Positions 9,973-20,839 of a DNA stretch of 64,000 nucleotides are shown one piece after another. Within the stretch, counting starts at the first letter, position 1. Each line of letters starts with the position of its first letter. The DNA comes from an uncultured delta proteobacterium (lineage in GTDB: Bacteria > Desulfobacterota > Binatia > Binatales > Binataceae). Where the stretch lies: NCBI GenBank assembly GCA_963711565.1, contig CAVQEQ010000003.1, positions 1,472,001-1,536,000 of the forward strand, written 5' to 3'. The notes under the pieces are model-generated. The model saw nothing but the letters and a program-made list of their open reading frames with translations. It did no database searches and was not told the DNA's origin. The position numbers were made by a program, and so were the translations under genes.

Positions 9973-10856
9973 TGGAGTTGACCAGGGCAAAGCTCGATTA
10001 CCTGGTGCGCGTGGTTGGACATCGCCTGCGGCTGCAACCGCGAATCTGTCCGTACTGCCGCGAGGCGCGCGATCTGCGGCTGCTCGGCCGCAAGCAACTG
10101 ATCATTGAAATCTTCCGTTGCGAGCGCTGCGGCCTGATCTTCCGCTATCCCCTCGAGACCACCCGCGATAACGCCGAGCGCTACCAGACGATTTACGATC
10201 AGGCGGAAGTAACTGTGCTGCCGACAGAGAAAGAGCTCGCCCGCTTCGCTGCCGATGAGTTTCAAGGTGGTTCCGATTGTGGACCGAAGGTCAGTGCGCT
10301 GGCCGCCCTCGTGCCGTCGGGTCGCGTGCTCGATTTTGGCTGTTCCTGGGGGTATGGAGTCCATCAGCTCAGAAGTGCAGGCTTCGATGCGACGGGTTTC
10401 GAGATCTCCAGGCCACGCGCTCGATTCGGTCGAGAGAAACTGGGCGTGCCTATCATCGACGACCCGCCGGAGCTCGACGGACTTCCCGCGCACTCCTTCG
10501 ACGCGATCTTTTCAAGCCACGTCATCGAACATCTTCCCGACCTGGCAGCGGCGTTTGACCTGTTCAGCCGTCTATTGAATCCGCGCGGCCTGCTGTTTGC
10601 GACGATTCCGAATTTCAGCGGCAGCGCCGCGCGCGCCGGACTCTTCTGGCATTGGATCGGACAGGATCATCCGATCGCTCCCACCCACGAATTTCTGGCG
10701 CGCGCGCTGCTCGAGCATGGCTTTGCGAGCGTGCGCTTCGGCTCCGGGCCATTCGACGAACGCATGGTCGAGCGGCTTGCTGCGCGCGATTTCGACGCCC
10801 TCGATACCGAAGGCGAGGAGCTGCTGATAATCGGCAGGACGTCCGCGTCCCGCTGA
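9972..10856 (+). CDS. Class I SAM-dependent methyltransferase with N-terminal Zn ribbon
   Basis: CPYC...CERC, VLDFGCSWG, FDAIFSSHVIEHL. Confidence 0.88.
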   Translation: MELTRAKLDYLVRVVGHRLRLQPRICPYCREARDLRLLGRKQLIIEIFRCERCGLIFRYPLETTRDNAERYQTIYDQAEVTVLPTEKELARFAADEFQGGSDCGPKVSALAALVPSGRVLDFGCSWGYGVHQLRSAGFDATGFEISRPRARFGREKLGVPIIDDPPELDGLPAHSFDAIFSSHVIEHLPDLAAAFDLFSRLLNPRGLLFATIPNFSGSAARAGLFWHWIGQDHPIAPTHEFLARALLEHGFASVRFGSGPFDERMVERLAARDFDALDTEGEELLIIGRTSASR

Positions 10857-10867
10857 CGAGTCCATCG

Positions 10868-12040
10868 ATGAAAGTTGCGGTCGGCAGCGCTGGGCCCTTT
10901 TACACCTTCGATCTCGCGCGCCAGCTCGAGCGGCTCGGTCATCTCGATCGTCTCTACACCGCGTATCCGTCGTGGAAAGTGGAGGGGCTGCCGAAGGAAA
11001 AAGTGAGCACGTTTCCATGGTTGATGGCGCCCGCGATGCTCGCGAACCGCCTCGGACTCAACCGCGTGCGCGACAGCCTGAATTTTCCGATGATCGAGAC
11101 GTTCGATCGCTGGATGGCGGAGCGGCTCGCGCTCTGCGACGTGTTCCATTGCCTGTCCAGCTTTGGCTTGCAGAGCCATCGAGCGGCCCGCTCCAGGCAC
11201 GGCGCGCTCACGGTTTGCGATCGCGGTTCGACTCATATCGAATATCAGAACGAAATCATGCGCGAGGAATTTGCGCGGTTCGGCGCACGCTTCCCCGGCA
11301 TCGACTCGCGCATCGTCGAACGAGAACTCAAGGAGTACGAGTTTTGCGATCTGATCTCCGTGCCGTCGTCGTTCGCGATGCGCACGTTCATCGACAAGGG
11401 CGTGCCGCGCGAGAAGATTCGGCTCAATCCCTTCGGCGTGGATCTCACGATGTTTCATCGCGAACCGAAACGCGATCGCAAATTTCGCGTGTTGTTCGTC
11501 GGAACCGTATCGTTGCGAAAGGGGTTGCCGTACCTCTTCGAAGCGATCGCGGGAATTGGACATCCCGACGTCGAGCTGTGCGTGATCGGATCGCTCGAGG
11601 CCGAGATGCGCCCGATCATGGCGAAGTACGAGGGCATGTTCCGCTACGTCGGAGCGGTTGCGCGCGGCGAGCTGCACAAGCATTACAGTCAGGCGTCGTT
11701 GTTGGTGCTGCCATCGATCGAGGAAGGGCTCGCACTCGTGCAGGCGCAGGCAATGGCGTGCGGCGTGCCGGTGATCGCAACCGAAAACACCGGCGCCGCG
11801 GATTTGTTCAGCGACGGTGTCGAAGGGTTCATCGTTCCTATCCGCGACGCCAGCGCGATTCGCGAGAAAATTTTAACGCTGTACGAGAATCCCGCGACGC
11901 GCGAGCGGATGGGCGAAGCTGCCCTCGCGCGCGTGAGAAAGATCGGCGGATGGGACGACTACGGCGGGCGCGCGGCGGACTACTATCGCCAGGCGCTCGA
12001 GACGCGAGCGAGCGGGGCCGATGCGAATTTTCTACGCTGA
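10868..12040 (+). CDS. Glycosyltransferase family 4
   Basis: LFVGTVSLRKG, LPSIEEGLALVQAQAMACG. Confidence 0.9.
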   Translation: MKVAVGSAGPFYTFDLARQLERLGHLDRLYTAYPSWKVEGLPKEKVSTFPWLMAPAMLANRLGLNRVRDSLNFPMIETFDRWMAERLALCDVFHCLSSFGLQSHRAARSRHGALTVCDRGSTHIEYQNEIMREEFARFGARFPGIDSRIVERELKEYEFCDLISVPSSFAMRTFIDKGVPREKIRLNPFGVDLTMFHREPKRDRKFRVLFVGTVSLRKGLPYLFEAIAGIGHPDVELCVIGSLEAEMRPIMAKYEGMFRYVGAVARGELHKHYSQASLLVLPSIEEGLALVQAQAMACGVPVIATENTGAADLFSDGVEGFIVPIRDASAIREKILTLYENPATRERMGEAALARVRKIGGWDDYGGRAADYYRQALETRASGADANFLR

Positions 12041-13121
12041 AACCACCGCCTACGCCCCGTCGAGCGCGCACTTCCTGGAGGCTCTGGAAGCCGGCGCGGC
12101 GCGCGGCGCGCACGAGTTTCGATTTCTCGACGAGGCGGATTTCATCAAGCGCTCGCGGTCGATAGCGGAACGGATAGCCGATCGCGTCGCGGGGCGGCCG
12201 CTGAGCGGCTATCAGCAATTGAATCGCGCGCTGGTCGATCAGGCGGCGGTCTTCTCGCCCGATATCATTCTGATTGGCAAGGGCCGGTGGTTTACGCCGG
12301 CGGCGCTCGAAGCCGCCAGGAAAGTCAGCGGCGCGACACTGGCGAACTGGGCCACCGACGATCCGTTCAATCGCGCCGACAACTCGCGCGATCTGGTCAA
12401 ATCGATTCCGCTGTACGATCTGTATGTCTGCACCAAGAAGGACATCATGAGCGACGTGCGCCGCGCTGGATGCGCGAACGTCGCGTACGTGAGATTCGGC
12501 TACAAGCCGGAGGTACATTTTCCGGAGGCCCCGGCGACCGAGGAAGAGCGCGAGCAATTTGCTTGCGACGTGATGTTCATCGGCGGATGCGACGCTCATC
12601 GCAGTGCGTACTTCGAGGCGCTGATTCGCGCGATGCCCGAGGTGAAGCTTCGCTTGTACGGGATGTACTGGGAACGCGTGCGCGCGCTGCGGCCGTATGC
12701 GCGGGGATTCGCCGTGGGGCGCGAGTATCGGCTCGCGGTCGGCGGCGCAAAGATATCAGTGAACCTCGTAAGGCGCGCAAATCGAGACGATCACGTGATG
12801 CGCACGTTTGAAATTCCAGCCTGTGGCGGCTTCATGCTGACCGAGAGATCCTCGACGCACGACGAATTATTCCTCGAAGACCATGAAGCGGCATTTTTCG
12901 GATCGCCGGAAGAATTCGTCGCCAAGGTCCGCGGCTATCTCGCGCGTGACGAAGACCGAACCAGGATTGCCGCCGGGGGGCATCGCAAAATCACGCAGGG
13001 GCGGCATACTTACGCCGATCGGCTCGCGGAAATTATCGAAGCGGCGCGAACAGTCAGAGGATTGCAGAAGCGAATGACCGTTGGCGCGCCGCAAACCAGT
13101 GAGATCGAATCGAATGGCTGA
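12021..13121 (+). CDS. CgeB-like glycosyltransferase (Glyco_trans_1_2)
   Basis: WATDDP, MRTFEIPACGGFMLT, HTYADR. Confidence 0.85.
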   Translation: MRIFYAETTAYAPSSAHFLEALEAGAARGAHEFRFLDEADFIKRSRSIAERIADRVAGRPLSGYQQLNRALVDQAAVFSPDIILIGKGRWFTPAALEAARKVSGATLANWATDDPFNRADNSRDLVKSIPLYDLYVCTKKDIMSDVRRAGCANVAYVRFGYKPEVHFPEAPATEEEREQFACDVMFIGGCDAHRSAYFEALIRAMPEVKLRLYGMYWERVRALRPYARGFAVGREYRLAVGGAKISVNLVRRANRDDHVMRTFEIPACGGFMLTERSSTHDELFLEDHEAAFFGSPEEFVAKVRGYLARDEDRTRIAAGGHRKITQGRHTYADRLAEIIEAARTVRGLQKRMTVGAPQTSEIESNG

Positions 13122-14640
13122 AGCGCTCGAAGCGGGGCCGCCGCAGCCTGGCGATGAATGGTACGTGCTGGTCAGCCTGCCGAGGCCGGGTTCTGCGACT
13201 CTCGGCAACGCGCTGATGCTGGCGGCCTCGGTCGTAGTAGCGCTGGTCGCGCTGAATCTCTGGGCGCCCGCTCCGCCGACGATCCTCGAGCGGATCTTTG
13301 CCTCGGCGATAGTGGCGTCAATCGCGCTTCCGGTCTGGCTCTGGATGTCGGGCGCGGATCGAACGATTCCATTCATGCCGTTCCTGACACTGGTCTTTGC
13401 CTACTACTTCGCGCTGCCGGTCTTCCTGTTGAGACAATATGCCGTCGGCATGTTCAAGCCGCCCGTTCCCGCACCCTACATCGAACTCGCGCTTGAATAC
13501 TCACTGTTGGGACTCTACTGCCTATTCGCCGGATACTACGGACCGGCGAAATGGCTATTCGCGCCGATACTACCTCGATTCAACCTGCAATGGCGCGATA
13601 CCCGGGTAGTAAAGCTGGTAGCGCTGATACTTGGATTCGGTGGATTGCTCGTGTCGTCGTCGCGTGTGCTCGAGTCCCTGCCGGAAAGCCTTGCGCAAAT
13701 CGGCGTATTCGCAAGTGACCTCTCGCTGGTTGGAATCTGCGCGTTGGTCGCGCTTCACCTGGCGGGCAAACTGGATTGGATTACCGCAGCGTGCGTATGG
13801 GGCTTTCTGATTCCGGTCAGAATCGCAGTCGGCCTGGGCGAAGGCGCGGCCGCCAGCGGCCTGATAGTAGGCATCGCCGTCGTCATGATGTTCGCATCCG
13901 TGCGCCGCTCGATTCCATGGAAGATGATGTTGCTGGGAACCGTGGCGCTGTTCATCCTGCGTCCGGCCGAAGTGCCGTATCGCATGGCGATCTGGGGCGG
14001 GCGATTGACGGATGCGGGCCCGATCGAAAAGGCGCGCGCCTTCGGCGATATCGTTTACCGAATCACCATCGGCGGCGCCGTCGATCCACGAGCGCTGGTC
14101 GAAATGGCGAGCATGCGGCTGGCGCAGTTCACAGTGTTTGGCGAAGTGATCGGGGACACCCCCGGTATCGTGCCGTATTGGGATGGCGCGTCGTATTATC
14201 CGATCCTGTTCAAGCCCATCCCGCGCTTCATCATGCCTGACAAGCCCGAAGAAGTGAGTGGCGAATGGTTCGGCCATCGCTATGGACTGATCACCGAGCA
14301 AAACATCACGACCTCGATCAACCTTCCGCAGATAGTCGAGTTGTACGGCAACTTCGGGCTCATCGGAGTGCTCGTCGGGATGTTCCTGTTCGGGTTGATC
14401 TTCCGGCTGCTGATCGAGATGTACATCCACCCCGGCATGGGACTTGGCGCGCTGGTCGGCGGGGTTTACGTTTCGTCGCGAGTGCTGGATGTCGGCTCCG
14501 CCGCGTCGCTGACCCTTGGCGCGCTTCCATGGAGCATCCTGTTGATGGCGCTGATTCACGTCGTCGTCCAACTCGGTGAGATCGACGCGATGTGGTTCGA
14601 CTCGCGCGCCCAGGCGGGCGCAAAGGCGCGCACGACTTGA
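13114..14640 (+). CDS. Polytopic membrane protein, probable O-antigen/EPS polymerase (Wzy-like)
   Basis: ~10 hydrophobic segments, IPRFIMPDKP loop, ELYGNFGLIG motif, cluster context. Confidence 0.65.
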   Translation: MAEALEAGPPQPGDEWYVLVSLPRPGSATLGNALMLAASVVVALVALNLWAPAPPTILERIFASAIVASIALPVWLWMSGADRTIPFMPFLTLVFAYYFALPVFLLRQYAVGMFKPPVPAPYIELALEYSLLGLYCLFAGYYGPAKWLFAPILPRFNLQWRDTRVVKLVALILGFGGLLVSSSRVLESLPESLAQIGVFASDLSLVGICALVALHLAGKLDWITAACVWGFLIPVRIAVGLGEGAAASGLIVGIAVVMMFASVRRSIPWKMMLLGTVALFILRPAEVPYRMAIWGGRLTDAGPIEKARAFGDIVYRITIGGAVDPRALVEMASMRLAQFTVFGEVIGDTPGIVPYWDGASYYPILFKPIPRFIMPDKPEEVSGEWFGHRYGLITEQNITTSINLPQIVELYGNFGLIGVLVGMFLFGLIFRLLIEMYIHPGMGLGALVGGVYVSSRVLDVGSAASLTLGALPWSILLMALIHVVVQLGEIDAMWFDSRAQAGAKARTT

Positions 14641-14648
14641 CGCCGTCG

Positions 14649-15893
14649 ATGCAAGACGCAGTCGCGGATTTTGCGTCGATCGACGCGCGTGACTCGCGTG
14701 ACGCAGGCGATGCCAGGGTTGTGCGCGTCCTGCACGTAACTCCGTTCTTCGCGCCGGCGTGGTGTTATGGCGGCCTGCCCGAGGCGGCCTACCAATTCGC
14801 GCGGCATCTGTCGCGCGCGGGCGCTGCCGTCCGCGTGCTGACAACGGATGCGAACGGATGGGGAGCGCGGCTGGACGCCGCGGCGACGGCGGCGTATGCG
14901 CACTGCGACGGAGTCGAGGTTCGTTACTGCGCGCGCGTCGCGCGCCAGTCGGTGTCGCTCGAGCTGCTCGGCGCGCTGGCCGAACAGATGCGATGGGCCG
15001 ACGTGGTTCATTTGCATGCGGCGTACTCGTTCCCGACGATTCCAACTTTGCTCGCCGCGCGGGCGCAGAAGCGTCCGCTGGTATGGACTCCGCACGGCGC
15101 GCTGCAACGCTGGAGCGGCTCGCGGCGTGTGGGGTTCAAGTCATTGTGGGAGAAGGTTTGCATCGCCGTTGCTTCGCATGAGTTGACACTCCACCTGACC
15201 TCGCAGGACGAAGCCGCGGAAACGCGCGCCAGATTTCCGCGCGCCAATATCGAGCTGATTCCGAATGGCGTCGAGATTCCGGATACGCTTCATCGCGCGC
15301 CACGCGGCGCGCAGCTCCGGCTCGGATTCGTCGGGCGGCTCGATCCCAAGAAGGGAATTGAGAACCTGCTCGCCGCCTGCCGCATCTTGAAAGAGCGGAA
15401 CGCGCCGGATTTCTCGCTCGCGATCGCAGGCTCGGGTTCGACGGATTACGAAGCAAAGCTTCGCCGTGAGATCGATCGGCTGGAGCTCGGCAACGAGGTC
15501 ACGATGCTCGGCGACATCCGCGGCGAGGAAAAGCAGCGGATGTTCGAGCGGACTGACGTCGTCGTAGCGCCGTCGTTCACGGAAAATTTCGCGATCGTCG
15601 TAGCCGAAGCGCTCGCGCACGGCGCCGCCGTGATCGCGAGCACCGGCACTCCATGGAAAAACGTCGAGCGAGTAGGCTGCGGGCTGTGCGTCGCCAACGA
15701 TCCCGCAAGCCTCGCGGACGCAATCTCGAAAATAAACTCGATGCCGCTGGCCGAGATGGGCGAGCGCGGCCGCCGCTGGATGGCCGCGGATTTCTCGTGG
15801 GAAAAATGCGCGGCGGAAATGATCGCGCTTTACAAAACCCTGCTGACGCAGAGCAGAGACCGGCGGCTGGCCGCCGTGCCCCAGTTGAGGTAG
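14649..15893 (+). CDS. Glycosyltransferase family 4
   Basis: PAWCYGG, GRLDPKKG, PSFTENFAIVVAEALAHG; start uncertain (TTG 14637 possible). Confidence 0.9.
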   Translation: MQDAVADFASIDARDSRDAGDARVVRVLHVTPFFAPAWCYGGLPEAAYQFARHLSRAGAAVRVLTTDANGWGARLDAAATAAYAHCDGVEVRYCARVARQSVSLELLGALAEQMRWADVVHLHAAYSFPTIPTLLAARAQKRPLVWTPHGALQRWSGSRRVGFKSLWEKVCIAVASHELTLHLTSQDEAAETRARFPRANIELIPNGVEIPDTLHRAPRGAQLRLGFVGRLDPKKGIENLLAACRILKERNAPDFSLAIAGSGSTDYEAKLRREIDRLELGNEVTMLGDIRGEEKQRMFERTDVVVAPSFTENFAIVVAEALAHGAAVIASTGTPWKNVERVGCGLCVANDPASLADAISKINSMPLAEMGERGRRWMAADFSWEKCAAEMIALYKTLLTQSRDRRLAAVPQLR

Positions 15894-15904
15894 CGAGCGC
15901 CGAT

Positions 15905-16630
15905 ATGAAGCCAGTTCGGGCTCTGTTCTTTGATCTGGATGATACGCTGCTCGATGGCAGTGTCCGTCAAGAGTCAATCATCCGCACCTGTGAAATGATC
16001 GCTGCGAATCAGCCGGGACTGGATTCGGCTCGACTGATAAAGGCAAACGCTCAAATCTGGCCGGGCTACTTGCGAGAGGTAGATGAAAAGTGGACGCTGG
16101 GCGCGCTGGACACTGCGTCCGTGAGCCTCGAAGCATGGCGCCGCACGCTGGGCGCTTGCGGGTGCGGCGATGAGTCCCTCGCGCGGCGAGCATCGCAGAT
16201 TCATCTCCGGCTTGCTCTCGAGGCGCGTCATCTTTTCGACGATGTACTGGAATTGTTTGCCGCAGCGAAGAGAGCCCGGGTTCCGCTCGCACTCATTACG
16301 AACGGACCTTCCGATTTTCAGCGGGGTAAGCTGCGCCTTCACGGTCTGGAGCACTGGTTTGAAGTCGTCGTCATCTCCGGCGAGGTTGGCATCGCGAAAC
16401 CAAACGCATCCATTTTTGATTTAGCCCTTAACAAACTGGTTGTTGAACGAGAGAACGTCTGGCATGTCGGTGACAGCCTCACGGCGGACGTAGCCGGGGC
16501 GAAGGCCGCGGGGCTGACTGCGGTCTGGATAAACCGAAGCGGGCGCGTCCGTAGCGAAAGCGACCCCGTACCGGACCTCGAAATCCGCTCGTTATCGAAT
16601 CTTACGAGCTTCTTGTCGGTTCAGTCGTAA
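15905..16630 (+). CDS. HAD-superfamily hydrolase
   Basis: FDLDDTL, ITNG, KP, HVGDSLTADVAGA. Confidence 0.9.
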   Translation: MKPVRALFFDLDDTLLDGSVRQESIIRTCEMIAANQPGLDSARLIKANAQIWPGYLREVDEKWTLGALDTASVSLEAWRRTLGACGCGDESLARRASQIHLRLALEARHLFDDVLELFAAAKRARVPLALITNGPSDFQRGKLRLHGLEHWFEVVVISGEVGIAKPNASIFDLALNKLVVERENVWHVGDSLTADVAGAKAAGLTAVWINRSGRVRSESDPVPDLEIRSLSNLTSFLSVQS

Positions 16631-16650
16631 CGATCACTTCGCAATCATCA

Positions 16651-18423
16651 ATGTTAATCGTCGGAATCAACGCCTATCACGGCGACGCTAGCGCGGCCGC
16701 AATTGTGGACGGCAAGCTGGTTGCGGCCGCGGAGGAGGAGCGCTTCACGCGCATCAAGCACGCGGCCGGCTTTCCGGCCGAGGCTTTGAGGTACGTGGTG
16801 AAAGCCGCGGGTGCCGCGCCGCGCGATATCGACATCATTGCCGTCGCGCGCGATCCGTGGGCGCGAATCATGCGCAAGGCGTGGCACGCGCTTAAAATGC
16901 CGTCGCTCGCGCGCGAGCGGTTGAGCGCGCAATCGCATTTTGCGTCGATTGGCGCGGAAGCGGCGCGCGCTCTGGGAGCCGGCGAGGGCTCCATCACCGT
17001 CGGGCGCGTCGAGCATCATCGCGCTCACCTGGCGAGTTCGTTCCTGGTCTCACCGTTCGACGAGGCGGCGCTGTTCTCGATCGACGGGTTGGGCGACTTT
17101 GCCAGCGCTATGTGGGGCGTGGGCCGCGGCGGCACGATTTCGCCGATGGGCGTGGTGACGTTTCCGCATTCGCTCGGGATGTACTACACCGCGCTCACGC
17201 AGTACCTGGGATTTCCGAAATACGGCGACGAATACAAAGTGATGGGGCTGGCGTCGTACGGCGATCCGGAGATGCTCGAAGAATTCCGCAAGATCGTGAT
17301 CGCGCCCAACGGTGGACGCATGGATTTCATGCTCGCGCCGGAATATTTCACCTACCAGAAGTCGGGCGCAGAGATGACGTGGGGCGCGGGCGAGCCGACT
17401 ATCGGAAGGCTGTACTCGGACTTCCTGCCGACCCGGCTAGGCGCGGCGCGCGACGCGGCGGAGCCGGTGGATAAGCGCCATATCGCGATCGCGGCCTCGA
17501 TGCAGCGGCGGCTCGAGGAAGTGATAATCGATCGTCTGCGCAGCTTGCAGCGCGCGACCGGGCTCAAGAAGCTGTGCCTTGCGGGCGGCGTCGCCTACAA
17601 CTGCGTCGTCAACGGCAAAATCCTCGCGCAGACCGGCTTCGACAACGTCTATATACAGTCGGCGGCGGGCGACGCGGGACTGGCAATCGGCGCGGCCTTC
17701 GACCAGTGGCATTCGAGCGCCGTTCGCGAGCGTGAATTCGTGATGGAGCACGCGAATTGGGGTCCCGAATTCCGCGACGATGAGATCGCGGCATTACTCA
17801 GTTCGCGCGAAACTGAAATAGCAACTCAGGACTGCGTGATTAGCAAGATCGAAAATGAAGACGAGCTTTGCCGCGTGACTGCGGCGACGATCGCAGATGG
17901 GCTCGTCGTCGGATGGTTCCAGGGGCGGATGGAATGGGGTCCGCGCGCGCTCGGCAACCGCAGTATCCTGGCCGACCCGCGGCGGATCGAGATGCGCGAC
18001 ATCCTGAATTCGAAAATCAAGCGCCGCGAAATGTTCCGGCCGTTCGCACCTTCGATCCTCGAAGAAGCCGCCGGCGACTACTTCACGCAATCGTATCCGT
18101 CGCCATTCATGCTGATGGCATACTCGGTGCGGCCCGAAAAACGCGCGGCGATTCCCGCGACGACCCACGTTGACGGAACGGGACGCTTGCAGACGGTGAA
18201 CGCGAGGCAGAATCCGCTGTACTACAAACTGATCCGCGAGTTCGGCCGTCAGACTGGCGTGCCCGTGCTGCTCAACACCTCGTTCAATGAAAACGAGCCG
18301 GTTGTCTGCCGCCCCGAGGAAGCCCTCGATTGCTTTCTCAGAACCAGGATGGATCTGTTGGTGATGGGACATTTCACTGTTCGCCGGAGCAGCGAAAATC
18401 AGCTATCGTCGCGAGTGTCATAA
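16651..18423 (+). CDS. Carbamoyltransferase (NodU/CmcH family)
   Basis: EEERFTRIKH, EHHRAH, EYKVMGLA, GPRALGNRSILADP, LLNTSFN. Confidence 0.93.
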   Translation: MLIVGINAYHGDASAAAIVDGKLVAAAEEERFTRIKHAAGFPAEALRYVVKAAGAAPRDIDIIAVARDPWARIMRKAWHALKMPSLARERLSAQSHFASIGAEAARALGAGEGSITVGRVEHHRAHLASSFLVSPFDEAALFSIDGLGDFASAMWGVGRGGTISPMGVVTFPHSLGMYYTALTQYLGFPKYGDEYKVMGLASYGDPEMLEEFRKIVIAPNGGRMDFMLAPEYFTYQKSGAEMTWGAGEPTIGRLYSDFLPTRLGAARDAAEPVDKRHIAIAASMQRRLEEVIIDRLRSLQRATGLKKLCLAGGVAYNCVVNGKILAQTGFDNVYIQSAAGDAGLAIGAAFDQWHSSAVREREFVMEHANWGPEFRDDEIAALLSSRETEIATQDCVISKIENEDELCRVTAATIADGLVVGWFQGRMEWGPRALGNRSILADPRRIEMRDILNSKIKRREMFRPFAPSILEEAAGDYFTQSYPSPFMLMAYSVRPEKRAAIPATTHVDGTGRLQTVNARQNPLYYKLIREFGRQTGVPVLLNTSFNENEPVVCRPEEALDCFLRTRMDLLVMGHFTVRRSSENQLSSRVS

Positions 18424-18471
18424 CGTGCGTGACAGGGCGTTAGTTTTACAGGCAGTGGAGGGGAGGCCTAA

Positions 18472-19494
18472 ATGAAGAGAGTCCTTGTCACCGGAGCTGG
18501 TGGGTTCATCGGCCACCATCTGGTGAGTTATCTCAAGAAAAAGAGCTACTGGGTTCGCGGCGCCGATCTGAAACATCCTGAATATGAGCCGAGCGTCGCG
18601 GACGACTTTGCGCTGCTCGACCTGCGCCGCTGGGAAGACTGCCTGAAAGCCACCGATGGAATCGACGAGGTCTACGCGCTCGCCGCGGACATGGGAGGAA
18701 TGGGTTTCATTTCAGCGCATCATGCGGAAATTTTCCGCAACAATTCGTTGATCAACATTCACACCCTCGACGCGGCGCGCGAGAACGGCGCCAAGCGCTA
18801 CCTGTATGCTTCATCGGCCTGCGTCTATCCCGAGTATCGGCAGACCGACACCAGCGTGACCCCGCTCAAGGAAGAAGACGCGTACCCGGCCCAGCCGCAG
18901 GACGCGTACGGCTGGGAGAAGCTGGTGACCGAGCGTCTATGCACCCACTACCAGCAAGACTACGGTCTCGAGACGCGCATCGTGCGCTTCCATAATATCT
19001 TCGGTCCGCTGGGCACTTGGGACGGTGGTCGCGAGAAAGCGCCCGCGGCTCTCTGCCGCAAGGTATCGCTCGCCAAGCTCAGCGGCAATCGCGAGATTGA
19101 GATCTGGGGCGACGGCGAACAGACGCGCTCCTTCTGCTACATCGACGATTGCCTGGACGGAATCTACCGGCTGATGCGCTCGGACTACAAGGCGCCGCTC
19201 AACCTCGGCCAGGATCGACTGGTGACCATCAACGAACTCACCGACATGGTCGCCGCGATCGCCGGAATCAAAGTTACAAAGAAGCACATACCGGGACCGC
19301 AAGGCGTGCGCGGCCGCAATTCGGACAATACACGCCTGCGCAAAGTCCTTCGGTGGGAGCCGCAGATAAGCCTTGAAGAAGGTCTCAAGCGCACCTATCG
19401 ATGGATCGATCGCCAGGTCCGCGCGGAGCATCGTGGCGCCGCCGAGTCGTTGGAGCGACCGTCGAACGCGGGGCGCCGGGCGTCCGCATCGTAG
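18472..19494 (+). CDS. NAD-dependent epimerase, GDP-mannose 3,5-epimerase-like
   Basis: TGAGGFIG, LAADMGGMGFI, SSACVYP, YGWEK, GGREKAPAALCRK, GVRGRNSDN. Confidence 0.88.
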   Translation: MKRVLVTGAGGFIGHHLVSYLKKKSYWVRGADLKHPEYEPSVADDFALLDLRRWEDCLKATDGIDEVYALAADMGGMGFISAHHAEIFRNNSLINIHTLDAARENGAKRYLYASSACVYPEYRQTDTSVTPLKEEDAYPAQPQDAYGWEKLVTERLCTHYQQDYGLETRIVRFHNIFGPLGTWDGGREKAPAALCRKVSLAKLSGNREIEIWGDGEQTRSFCYIDDCLDGIYRLMRSDYKAPLNLGQDRLVTINELTDMVAAIAGIKVTKKHIPGPQGVRGRNSDNTRLRKVLRWEPQISLEEGLKRTYRWIDRQVRAEHRGAAESLERPSNAGRRASAS

Positions 19495-19500
19495 TCACGT

Positions 19501-20823
19501 ATGGCGGGCGCAGAAAAGCAAAGTGCCTTTTCCGGGACGACGACCCAGTCGGCCCGCGATTTGGACTTTGCCGCCGATTCACGCGAACGCTCCGTAGAGT
19601 CGAATATGCCGGCCGGTCGAACGCGAGTGTTGTTCTTGAACCGTTCGTTCTGGCCCGACCGCGAAGCCACCGGGCAATTCCTTACCGAACTCTGCGACGA
19701 TCTTTCGAGCGACCACGAAGTTACGATTGTGGCTGGACCATGCTGTCAGGACAAAGACAAGAATTCCGCCGGCTTTCGCTTATGGTCGCGCGAGCGTCGC
19801 GGCAAGGTTACGATCATTCGCACCTGGGGAACTCGATTTTCAAAGTCGAACCTCGCGGGCCGATTAGTCAATCTGGGCACCTACTACCTGTTGGCCGCAA
19901 TAGTGGCATTCCGACTGCCGCGACCGGATGTGATAGTCGCGGAGACCGATCCGCCCCTGCTCGGCGCGCTTGCGGCGGCGCTGAAGCGGCGCTGGCGATG
20001 CCGCCTGATTTACAACGTGCGCGACCTTTACCCCGATATCGCTGAAGTTACAGGCGGGGTACGCAGCCCGTTCCTGCTCGATCTGCTGCGCCGCGGCAAC
20101 GATTACGCCTACCGACGCGCCGATCTGATCGTAACGCTCGGCCATGATATGGCGCGGCGAATCGTCAACAAGGGCGTGCCGACCGACAAGGTGGTGGTGG
20201 TTCCCGATTGGGTGGACTGCGGGCGAATTCGTCCGCTCGACAGCAATCCGTTCCGCCGTAGTTTCGGTGATAAGTTCGTCGTGATGTATTCCGGGAACCT
20301 CGGACTTTCGCAGCAGCTCGAGGCCGTGCTCGAGGCGGCCGACCGGCTGCGCGACGACAATCGAATATTGTTCGCATTGATCGGCGAAGGCGCCCGCAAG
20401 AAATGGCTCGAGGAGCGGGCGCGTGCGATGGGCTTGACCAACGTGACCTTCCTGCCCTACCAGCCGCTCGAGAACCTCGGCGCGTCGTTGAGCGCCGCCG
20501 ATCTTCATCTCATTCCGCTCGCGCCGGGAGCCGCCGGATGTCTCGTGCCAAGCAAGATTTACGGAATCCTGGCGGCCAGGCCGTTCATCGCAATGATGGA
20601 AGAAAACGCCGAGGTCGCGCAAATCGCGCGCGAAGACGCGGTTGGCTTTGTCGTGCGGCCCGGCAACGTCGAGGCTCTGGTCGGCGCGATTCGCGAAGCC
20701 GTCAACACGCCGGAACATCTCAAGCAGATGGGTGCGCGTGCGCGGCGCCTGGCCGAGATGCGGTTCGATCGGATCAAGGTCACCAGTATGTTCGGCGCGA
20801 TGCTCGCCGGCGTCGCGACGTAA
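19501..20823 (+). CDS. Glycosyltransferase family 4 (WbuB/WcaI-like)
   Basis: FWPD..ATG, TDPP, DLYPD, YSGNLG, VPSKIYG; start may be ATG 19606. Confidence 0.88.
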   Translation: MAGAEKQSAFSGTTTQSARDLDFAADSRERSVESNMPAGRTRVLFLNRSFWPDREATGQFLTELCDDLSSDHEVTIVAGPCCQDKDKNSAGFRLWSRERRGKVTIIRTWGTRFSKSNLAGRLVNLGTYYLLAAIVAFRLPRPDVIVAETDPPLLGALAAALKRRWRCRLIYNVRDLYPDIAEVTGGVRSPFLLDLLRRGNDYAYRRADLIVTLGHDMARRIVNKGVPTDKVVVVPDWVDCGRIRPLDSNPFRRSFGDKFVVMYSGNLGLSQQLEAVLEAADRLRDDNRILFALIGEGARKKWLEERARAMGLTNVTFLPYQPLENLGASLSAADLHLIPLAPGAAGCLVPSKIYGILAARPFIAMMEENAEVAQIAREDAVGFVVRPGNVEALVGAIREAVNTPEHLKQMGARARRLAEMRFDRIKVTSMFGAMLAGVAT

Positions 20824-20839
20824 ATTTAACGGAGAAAAA

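Noticed and set aside
18424-18471. Possible ops/JUMPstart element (GGCGTTAG)
   Set aside because: Imperfect match to GGCGGTAG and located mid-cluster.
20560-20590. ILAARP instead of the usual LAAGRP in the WbuB-like GT
   Set aside because: In-frame one-residue difference; cannot be judged without an alignment.
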